Shown here one piece after another: positions 13,175 to 24,000 of a stretch of DNA of 64,000 bases (its first letter is position 1; every line of letters begins with the position of its first letter). The translations under genes were made by a program, and so were the position numbers. The DNA comes from Raillietiella orientalis. Its lineage: Eukaryota. Below the pieces are notes generated by a model. That model saw only the letters and a program-made list of their open reading frames with translations, ran no database searches and had not been told where the DNA came from. Location of the stretch: NCBI GenBank assembly GCA_036172245.1, contig JAYWIR010000022.1:744001-808000 (forward strand), read 5' to 3'.

Positions 13175-14270
13175 TGAGAGGGTGAACCCGAACTGTGTCA
13201 GGTGCGAAGAATGGGAATCCCTCCCGAACCTGTTGAAACTGCTTTGCCCTCCGGCCTCTTTGGGAATGTTTTTCAACGACCCTACGGATCTTGGTTGTCA
13301 GCCCCCCAGGGACGTCCTACGGTTTCTCTTTGTATGGGACGCCCTGCAACCAGCTGCAGCCTTCGAAGTACTTTGCTGCGTCCGAGGGATCGTGGCGGCA
13401 TGAAGCGAAGCCGACGGAAGGAGAACAAACGAAATGGTCGCCATCCAGTTCACAGTTCGCTTCCTTCAAATAGCAGCAAGATGACCCCACCTGGGAAGCA
13501 TGCAGATGGACCTCAACGGCATCCTGCAAAGGATGGAGACTCCCTCAAGTGGACAGTGCTCCCTTCCCGGCCCTCCAGAGTATTCTTTTTATTTATTTTT
13601 TGTATCATTTTTCTTGTTTTTTTTCCCCATCCTCCTCCGCTGCCGAGAGTCGAGTCGGTCTGCGTACCGGCGACCCGGCAGGTCCGGTGTTGTGTTGGCC
13701 GTAGTGGGATCTTATACCACAAATGTATAGAAAAGTTTTTTAATAAACGCCCCGGCTTGACCGGATGGCAACACCGGAGAGACATCGCTATCGACGTCAT
13801 GAGCTGCTTCTTCACGCGCGGCGGCATCTTGCTAGGCGCGTTCATTGCCACGATCTATTGCGTTCGCTCCATAGTCATGGACCACCACCTGTTGGAGTCG
13901 CGAGCGGTTCCAACACAGTTCACCACGATTGCGGCGGCCCATATGAGGATGGCTGCCAGGTGTCCTCAGCTCAGCGAAGAAGTCATGAAGTAGATCACCG
14001 GCATTCAACGCCAGTTCTGAAACGATGGAACGGCAGAAAACAATGACCCCTGTCCCCTTCCCTCCCTTCCCCCACCACCCTATATCTTTTTTTTTTTTTA
14101 ATTTTTTATATTTATTTGTGTCCCCTCCGTTCCGTCCGGAGTTTCAGTGTGCCCGACCTGCATGTCGGGGAGCCCTCTCCTTAAACTTCTTTTCCTTTAG
14201 TCTGGAAACTCAGTTTCCAGATGGTTTGTTCCTCTTTTGAATAAACGTCCCGGAGCAACTGGGTGATGAA
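13175..14270 (+). mobile_element. Two tandem LINE 3' ends (ORF2 end, T-rich 3' UTR, AATAAA-hairpin)
   Basis: NPNCVRCEEWESLPNLL zinc finger remnant; 13775-13990 homologous to 11910-12120; termini at about 13770 and 14270. Confidence 0.75.
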
Positions 14271-14279
14271 GATCGCGGT

Positions 14280-14380
14280 GCGGAGTCAAGTCAAGCGTAA
14301 GGTATAGTCACGTGCTGGGAAACGCATTTTGGAGGACCCGCCGGGATGAGCAATCGTCAACGAGCTTCTGATCAGAGCCG
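14280..14380 (+). repeat. Short diverged fragment of the 667-bp family
   Basis: cacgtgctgggaaacgc...ggaggacc.gccgggat.agcaa.cgtcaacgagc matches 9640-9700. Confidence 0.75.
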
Positions 14381-14827
14381 AAGTTGGTGGAGGCTCTGAA
14401 GAATTGCCGTAAGCACATTTGTCAGATTTGAGAGTGGTGACTGCGCACAGTGATGCTTTCTATGCTCATAAACTAGCCAATAAATGCTTCTGAGAAGAAT
14501 TCAAATCACTATTCCATTCAGATCACTATCCCATCGTGACCCAAATAGGATAGTGAACATTTCCATGGAGGCAGGTAGATGTCACAAACACTGCAGACAG
14601 CTTCCAGTCAATGGCATTATTTGGGAGAAAACGCTTTTGCCTTGCTACAAAATCATTCACTCTCGAGACTTGTGTGTACTCGAAGCATTGGTCGACTGAC
14701 TAGTCGTGACAAGCCAGAACCTCTAATTGAGGACTGGGAGGAGACAATGGCCACAATGCAAGGAAGGGTGAAAACTGTGATCGACTTTTCTCGAAAGAAA
14801 GAAAGGGGGAAAAAAGGTTTATCTGCT

Positions 14828-14883
14828 TTTATTTTGTACAAAAGAGAAAATCTGCTTGTTGTCCAGTTTCTGGCGTGTTTATT
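14828..14883 (-). terminator. Candidate polyadenylation signals of the SLC26 gene
   Basis: AATAAA on the minus strand at 14878-14883 and 14828-14833, just downstream of the stop codon. Confidence 0.5.
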
Positions 14884-14909
14884 CTGGTAGAAGGAGCCTG
14901 CAGAGTTCT

Positions 14910-15028
14910 TTAGACTGCTTCCAGATGGAACTTTGCGTAGCCGTACGCGTCCTTCCCAGTGCGGAAGAAGAGAAGATCGTCCGAATCTTGAAACAAACCC
15001 TCTTTCTGAAGAGTCTTCGAAATGTGCT
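14910..15028 (-). CDS. SLC26: SLC26 terminal exon (STAS end)
   Basis: ttcctag acceptor; [42 protein letters not shown], comparable to the family FxTVHDAV motif. Confidence 0.88.
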
Positions 15029-18000
15029 CTAGGAAACCCACTCTAAGGCCTCTTCCGTGTCTTTGATTTTCGAATCCTCACCGGGAACATTGCATCCAAG
15101 TGTCTGGATGCAGTACCGCTTCAGTTCTCTGCTCACGCTCCCCAGAGTTTCGACTCCGCTGGCATCGATGGCGGACATCGGGGAAAAGTCGATTATTAGG
15201 AATCCAGAGATGCAGCCGTCTCTTTCTGGAACAGTTCTCATTCAAGCGGCACAGAACGACACAAAAATTCCAGAGACGAGCGGTGGAGGAAGGATTCATA
15301 CAGAACGGAAAGCCAGTTCCTTCGGCATAATCGTGTGACTCCTAGCAGTGACTGCTGTTTGGAAACACGAACCAAGGAAACGAGCAGAAACGGAAGATCT
15401 ACGCTACAGGTCGTTGCTAGCTTGACTTGAAGCCTGTTAGGGAGGAGTGGTCATGCGCACACTCCAGAAGGGTTCTTAAGAAGGATGTGGTTGCCTTGAG
15501 AAGCATCATGCTTCAAGCTTCAGGATGAGCAATCATCGTCACCGATTCATAGGTAGTGATGATCAGAAAGCGCAGGTCAGAAGTTAGGAGATAATGGATG
15601 ATGTCTGCGGACATCAGGTCAGATGTTGGAGGAGAACAGGAGGTGTGCTAGGAGAGAGGTCAGCTGGATCAAATGGTTGCGCATCGGAAAATGGCCACAT
15701 GACCAAGGACATTCTCGAGCACTTTGCAAGTCCCTCTCTTTTGCGGTTTGAGCACTCTCTCGCTACTGACACTCTCGAGGGGGACCGCTGCAGAGCGCAG
15801 CAAGTTAGAGGTGCCACGGAAGAGGCGATGGATCCACAGTTCTACCTAATTTTGGAATCCGGAGACCGGGAGCGGATAAGAAGTAGGTCTTGCGGAAGTG
15901 AATTCCGATAGGAGATCGGTCTAGCGTGAGCGGGCGGACGCCGCGCCACGGACGCTCCTGCGAGGGTCCTTCTCTCCGCGGAAGAGGTCAGGGTGGAGTC
16001 GAGTTGGGTAGAGCAGCAGCGATCCCGGCGGGATGACCAGGTACGGCAGTCGAGGATAAGAGCGTCGAGGGCGCGAAGAGATCGGTTCGAAAGAGGAGAA
16101 TCCTCTGGCATGCGGCTGCTGCTTCCAGCCTGTCCATAGGGAGCAGGCAGGAAGTAATGGTACCAGGCTCCAGAGGCCTCTTGAGAGCAGGGGCGTGATG
16201 AGAACTTGCCTCCTTCCAAGATGAGACCGGACCAGAGGTGGCAATTGACGGCAACCAGCAGAGTGCCGAAGACCGGCAGCCCCACGAAAGGCTGGCCGGC
16301 CTTGGGCTTTGAGCCGCGCTCCTCGTGCTCCCATGGTAAAGTGCTTCCCTACTAGGGTGCGAAGGAGCAAGCAGGGTCATTCCAGAGAAGAGCAGGATCA
16401 ACTGGGTGTGAGGTCCCACGAGAGATATTTTTTCAGACTCTTGTCTGAAAAAGAGCCGTCATCATCCAGAGAGTTCCAAGGGGAAGGGAGAAAGCAGGAT
16501 TTTTCCAAGGAACGAGGGCGAACCCTACACTCCACGGGCATCAAACGGGAGAACTCTAATCGCCACTGGACTGCAAAAACAGGAATCCTCCGGGGCATCT
16601 CGAATGCTAGGAGGCCCTCGGAACCTCAAGAACGGGTGGGATGCATAGTCAGGGTTGCGATGTTGGGACACGGCACAGCCCCTTGCGCTGCAGTCCAGCG
16701 GGCGCAGAGGGACAGCAGATCGAGGACTCGTGACCTCCTCTAGCGCTCCTCTCTCTCAACGCCCAACCAGCTCCGGATCACTTCCCTCCTGATTCGTCTC
16801 AAAGACCCCCCATGCGGCGGTGTCTTCCTACCCAGAAAGGGATCAAACAGACACGACCTACCGCCTGGAATTGACAAGAACTTTTCCCGCCTCCATCCCC
16901 GTGTTCCCCTTCTCCCCCCGTGCTTACCTTCCACTGCTGCACCAGCTTCTCTTCCTCCTCCTTTTCCTGCCCATTCTTCCCTCGGGAATCCGAGAGTGCT
17001 TACTTCGGAAAGCAAGGAGAAGCGGAAATGGTTCCTACTGGCGTAGGTGAGCGCTCCGTGGAAACGGAAGATCCGTATCTCCTTGCTTTCAACGGCCTCC
17101 TGTAATAAACGGGCGGACAGTCCCTCGTTGCTCCAGAACCCTATCTTCCCCTCCATCGCTTCCTCGCCTTTCTGGAGTACTTCCGGTCGACGAACCACCC
17201 TCCCTCGTGGTCAGCAGCCAATGAGGCGGCGTACGGACGGACGGCTACCCGGAGGAGGAAGGCGACGTTCAGGAGGACTCCGACCAGTATCCCGTACATC
17301 ACATCCAGAAGCACTGTAGACAAAAACACGGCTACCCAATTCAGGACGTCCATCCTAGACCGTCTCCACAAAGAAGGGACGTCCCGAAACTGCCAGAACA
17401 GACTCCGAAGAGAGGCGACGATGATGGCGGCAAGGACGGCCTTTCCGGAAGACAGACATGGGGAGACTCCGGCACTCCCGACGAAGGAGCGGAGTACATC
17501 CAGGATAGCATGGAAAATCTGCTTACGAATGGCAGGGACTCGAAGAGAGGGCCCAGGAAGAGCATTACGAGAACCAGAAGTCCCGAAGAGATGACGGAGG
17601 AGAGCAGCGTCTTGCCCCCCGCAGAGTATGCAGGGAGGCTCCTCGGGGGAGCATCGCCCACGGCCGTGCATCCAAAGAAACTTCCCGCAACGCTGGCACA
17701 TCCCTGGGTGCGGAAGAGGCAGGAGGGGTGAGCACCAGCATGGATTGAGTCCCTTCGTTACCATCGCGCAGAGTTCCCGGTTCGGGGACACTTGGTACCC
17801 CTCTTTCTTAGCGTAGAGAGTAGCCATGGAGAAGGAGGCAACAAAACCCACTATGGCGATCTCCAGCGAAGATGTGACCACTTTCAGCGAGAGGCTCAGA
17901 GAGGGCACTTCCAGTGGTGGCAGGCTGAGGACGGTGAGCTCCTTTCAGCGGCAGCATAATACGGATGCATCCCGCGATCTTCGCGGTCCCTTCCTTCCCG

Positions 18001-21000
18001 TTCCTTTGCGGTCGAGGGTGTGGTTCCCGCGGAGGGCCCAGAGCCCGGTTCCCCTTCCGGGAAATTCGGATCGACCGTTTTCCCCTCCCCGCTCGAGGAA
18101 CAGCAGGCGAAAGGGAGAAAGGGAAGGTGATTTACTAAACTCAACCACTATCGGCTGAAGCCGAAAGGTTGTAAATTGCTCTGGAAGCGCGGTAAGAAGC
18201 TAAAGCCAGGCAAATGGAACCAGGCAATGGGAATGAGGGAAAGACAGCAGATTCTGGAAAGCGAGCGGCGGTTGCTGCAAGAGCGGATAGCTTTATGAAG
18301 GGAGGAGGAGTTGCATCTGCAAGGTAAACCCGTGAGGCGCCTTTGAGAAGGGAAGCGCTTGGAAAGAGGCCCGTCGAGGAACCTCCCATGCGTACCCTGC
18401 GCGGAACAAGGCACTGCTGTCCTGCTCCGTCTCTTCGGGACTTCAGGTCCTCGCAATACTCCTCCTGAGCTCTCCCTTCCCTCCTTGGAACTATTCGGCA
18501 ACCCTTCTTGAGCTCCCCCCTCTTCCGCGGCGCTTGGCTTCCTGGACGTACCCCAGGGATTCATATCGCCCGAAACCTCCTCCCTCACGATGTAACCCCG
18601 CAGAAGAGCCCATCTCCCGTCGACATGGCGCGCTCTGAACTTTCACGTGGCATCACGTTTCCAGCGCTGCCCTCTGGCATGCGGTGCTTCGGGCAAGCGG
18701 TCTCGGATGGGTGAGGACAGGAAGATTGAAAAAGATGAGGGCCACCGAGACAGGGGACACTGACGGGCCTCTTCGTTTCGGTGGAGGAAGGTGCCCTACT
18801 CACCCAGTCGGGATGGTCCCAAGAGTGGCAAGGTGATATCTCTCTTCCAGACTCATGTACTTCGCTGCTAGGGTTCCCGCTATGATCAGGAAGAGGTCCA
18901 TGGGGAATGGGATGCGCATGAGCCTCAGCAGTCTCTCCTGAAAGAGGTCGTCTAAGTCCTGGCAGGTTCCAGAGAAAGATGCTCCTGGAGCAGCGGCGTT
19001 TTCCTTGCATTCCTGAAGCGAAGGGGAGCCTGCCGAGAGGGCCACATCTTTATTGCAGCATCCGTGCACTCCCTCTTCAGTTGGACACAAAAGGTCGCGA
19101 GGAACCAGGGACCACCCGGAATCTTCCCTCAGTTTCCGAGTGTGTGGAAGAGGAGCGGTCCTACGTCACTTGAAGAGCGCCGTCCTTGTTGCCGCTGGCC
19201 CAACTCATGATCCGCAGTCGGAAAGAAGACAGGGTGGAAGAGTCAGTCGCCCATGGCGCCTAAGGCTTGAAGAAGGGGCAATCCACAGCTCTGCTCGCGT
19301 TCCAACATAGGGAAACCGCCGAGAAGGTCAAAGCATCCATTGACACAGAGATCCCTAGGCGCAGGAGGCGCGCGGCTCTGCGGCACCCAGGAAAACACTG
19401 TGGTCGCGGCCGGAGAGTGCTCCAGAGGAAGGCAGGGAGGAGGAGAGTTCCGCATCCTTTCCTTCCGAGGAAGCGCTTTGTCATCGGCCGGTCGTGACCG
19501 TGAGAGCACGATGGGAGATGGGAACGCCGTTCTCTTCAAGTTACAAGGGGCAATCTCCGAGGGACCACCCTATGAATCCAGGAAGACTCCAGAGGAAGAC
19601 GTCCGTTCCTCTTACGCTTGGGAGGGAACCGAAGGAAACCTATTCCTCTGGAAGAACCCGAAAGAGATCCCGGAAGGGGTCATCATTCATTTCTTCTCTG
19701 GAAGGAGTCCACAAGGGAACCGTTCCTTGTTTCCTCCTCTGAAGAGAGCCCCCCGAAGAGACGCTTCTCAATTTCTCTGAAGAGTCGCTCCTGAAGGGAG
19801 CAGAGCGCTTCTTGACACTTTGGAGCACCATCAACCAGCTCCATGGTAGGCGTTCCCCTCGAGGAGGGATACGGCTCCATTTTCACAACCAGAGGGGAAC
19901 CTCTAAGGGCTCCTTGATTCTTGGAAGGACCCCAGAGGGTCCACTTTTACTCGCGAAGGCCAGTCAAAGAGGGCATCAGGTTTCCGTCTTCCATAGATGC
20001 CGCACCCGACCAGTGTCATCTTGCGAGGGAACTCGAAACCCACGACGCAGTTCCAGTTCTTGAAATCCATTCTCCATGTGAGGATTCGAACTCGCAACGC
20101 TTGGTTCCAGTCGGACGGAGCGCGCAGTCACACGGTCGGCAACGCAGTCAAAAGGAAAAAGATAAGCTCATGATGGCCCCTCCCGAATCCTCCCGTACTG
20201 CTCCAGAAGGAGTTCCCTCCCATCTCCCCTCTCATCCTTTTTCTGAAGGAGTGCGACCCCACTACCATTCAAAGGCATCTTTTTCTTGAAGAGACCGCTG
20301 ATCTTTCGGAAGGCGGAAGTGGCTACAGTACCTTCAGCACCTCGTTGTGCAGCACGCAGACCGCCAAGCAGATAGAGCTGGTAACCAAGGTCGCTATGTT
20401 GAGGTCAGGGAGAGACGTGATTATGGAGAGCCAGATCTGCGGTGCAAGCAGGATGGTCAGGCGGGCAGAACACATCCGTCACATGCGAGCGCAGGAGGGC
20501 ACCACCGGCTTCAGCATCCTTATCCAGGATAGCTCCGCCTACTCTGTAGAGCTTCGGCACATCCCGAGCACGGCGAGGACCACACATGAAGCTCACAGAG
20601 AGGCCTTGGAGCACCACCACCGTAGTGATCTGGTGTACTGAGTTGCCTCCTCGGTGACCTTTGAGCATCCGCGGAGTCTCCGCTTTTCCTCATACTGGGG
20701 GGCTTCCGTCTCGCACGACCAAATCCTTGCCCGAACTTCGAAAACGCGAAGGATGCCCTGCACCGAAGGCGCCCCCTGCTGAGTGAGCGCGGAGCAAAGA
20801 GGGGCGCATGGCGTCTTGCGCGGGACGGAAGTTTTCAATCCCCTCTCCCTTTGACATGACCGACGTGCGGGTGAACCCCCCACCCGGCGCGAAATTAGGT
20901 TCTCGCAAAACGGTCGCTCCACTTACCTTGGGCAGCTTAAGGATTCCAGAAAAAGAAGGGACGCTCAGTCCAAAAAGGTACTTGAGTTGGGACGTTGCTA

Positions 21001-24000
21001 TGTGGAAGGCCGCTCCGGTGGTGAATGCGCTCACCAGGACATCGTTGAACAGAAAACTCAAACTTCCCAACGAAAACACTCCCATAGCTATCTGCAATGG
21101 AAAACACGGCGTGTTGAGCAAACTTCGGGCAAGCAGAGATTCAAGCACCTGGTTCGAGCGGTAATAGTAAGAGAGCTCCACCCAGTGACCACAAGTTCTT
21201 TGAGTGAAAATAAAAGAAAAGAGCGGATTGCTGGTGGTCCCAAGAGAAAGGACGCAAGACGTTCTAGAGGATGCCCCTTACTTCCTCTCTCTTATCTCAG
21301 AAATGTTGTCTTTCGGATGAACGCATCTTCCGCGATGGCAAGCTGAGGATCAACACTTGGTTTCTGAATCATTCAAATTTGGTACATTTCGTCCTTGCAA
21401 GTGGTTTCCCTGTTTCTTCCACGTGGTCGACGTCAGGAGCTCGTTTAGGCTTGCTCATCCCTCTGGAACGCGTTCCCCAGCACGTGACTTTGGTCTAGCG
21501 CTGGCCATCAGCCCACACCGCGCTCTTCTTCACGCTTTCCGCCACCCGCGCGCCACCGCTCTTCAGTTCTCAGAACATCCCGCCGTTTTTCTCTCCCTAC
21601 TGTCCTCTCCGAGGCAGTAGCCGCTCTTCTTCCGGCTCTTCTGAGGCAGCTTCTTACGTATCGACTCTCTCTTTTATCCGTGGATTCATTATACGCGCAG
21701 CGCTTCTTGCGGACGCCCAGCGCATGGGCAGTAAGGTTAGATGAGCGTGATGTATGAGAGGATAGAAAGGCTTAGACGCGGAAACATTAGATGAAGATAC
21801 CGTGTCAAGCACGAGTCATATCTGCAAGGCTCTGGTTTCTGCGAACGGACGTCTGATGACACTTACAGAAAAAACAGAGGAGGATAACCCTACAAACCTA
21901 CATTTGTGTTTTGAGTGCATGGAACGGGTGCAGATGAAAGTTCCATGTGGCAGCTGAGGGATTCCTAGTCAATCGTATAGCCTCGTCGAAAACAATACAA
22001 GGACAATCTAGTGAGAAGAAGAGATGCATTGAAGGGTACTTGGGTTGTTTGTCGGAGCAGCACTCTTGCTCTTTCAAAGAACCATTTCTCCAGGATGCTG
22101 GCAAACTCATCGCTTGGAATCTTAATTAGGGGACCATTGCTGACACTGTACGCCGATCCACGCCAAGAGAAGCAGCGCTTGCCTTCCTGGAGGTATGCGT
22201 ACAGATCCAAACATTTCAGTGTGCAAGCGATCCTGAGGAAAGTAAACAGAACATTCACTTCACCGATACTTGTCAGTGTCTTTTTCAGAATTGGGTCTTC
22301 GACACATGCAGAAAACTCTCGGGAGAAAGAAAGGATGTTCTGATGTGAGAGCTGTATCCCCAGTTGAATGAATGACAAATACCTTATCTGTGCCACACGA
22401 TAGAATACAGTGTGCAAAACGCTGCCCACCCTATTCTCAGCAGTCTCCTCAAGACGCTCGGTTGGACCAGCGTGAACTCCCGAGTTTCTTTTTGCTTCTC
22501 CTTCGAACGTATTCGTTTTGGGTCAGTTCGCTTCCGATTTGCATCACTCAAGTCTCTTCAAACGCTCGACATGCTGCTCATTCGTTCAGCTCCGTGGATG
22601 CATCCCTTCTGAGGAGGGGCATCGGAACATTTGGTGACTTGGTGCTCTAGGAGTATTCCACAGAGAGACGCGCGCGCTGCTACCGACGGTGTGCAGCATG
22701 TAAAACTATTTTTTCTTCTTCATCTCTGGGAAGAGCAGTGTGGTGATGTCGAGCATTTAAAGGAAACCTGCACGGAGAGAGCCAACGCTCCCTCAGCGCG
22801 GGTACGGGGTCACAGACGCCTTACGCTAGCAAGGACTGGTGGACTGTTAGTCACGGGATTCAACCTAGAACGCCTTCAAGCAATTCCTTCAAGGATGCTT
22901 TAGAAGTTATCGCTTTCTTGCTTTCTTCCTGCCTCATTTCCCTGGTTCTGCGACAGAAGCTGATGTCGTCAAATCCAAAGAACGCGTGCTCGTGAAGTCC
23001 GTTCATTGAAAATGAATCGCATCTGGTCAGATCTTGTTCGGCAAGCCTGCCATATTCCTCGCGCTTTGATGAAAACTGACTTTGCGGAGTCTGCAAGCTC
23101 TTCCGGCTGAAGGTACGCCACTATTTTTCTCCAGGCCGTCATCTGAGAATCAGAGACGGGGTGCATTTGGCATAGCGAAGTGTTAGACAAAGATGTCCGT
23201 GAGAGTTCGGCATCTCGCTTTGCCATCAGTCCAGAAAGAATGATTCTTCGCACAGAAGACCTTTAAATGGTCGCTGTTCGAATATCAAACAGCAGTAATA
23301 GATATTTCTTCCTGAACGCAGAGGGGAAGACTCCATAATAGAAGATATCTTAAGAATTTTCAGCTGCAGACTTTCAAGTCAGGGGTGCTCAAAATGGGTG
23401 TTTAATGCAAGAAACCTCGTCTGACAGCCATTTCTACTTCGCGTTCTTGGATATTTTCTCTTAAAGCGCCTTTGGATTCATCTCAAAAAGAACAAAAGTT
23501 ACGTCTTGCTCATTCTCGCTTTTTTTTTTTTTTTCCTACCTCAGCTCTTACGTTACCTGCGAGATCCCGCAAGCAAGAGCCACTGCAGAACCGACATCCT
23601 GCGGTCGAAAGGTGACCGATTGGTTATTCACATCTGGAAGTCCAAACTGGGCTTCCCCCGCGTAAGTTTCCACTATGCTGCCTATCATTATGTTGGTGAC
23701 GGAAAAGGCTCCTGGTTGCCAGAAAATACAGGGCATGGGATGACGCCACACGAAAACGAACGGCACTCACCGATTTGTATGTGTCTTGATGTTCCCAGCA
23801 AACAGTAAACAAGCACTGGAATGAAACCCATGTACATTCCTGTGATAGGCGGCAGGTTCGCTAGAGCGGAGTAGCCCAAACCTAAGAATTTTTGCTTTTG
23901 AATAACACGATAAGGTATCCAGTGCTTGCGTGCAAAGAGGATCACTGCTTCTGTGAGCTAACCCCATTGATAAGACCTACGGCAGGGAGTATGTGGTCGC

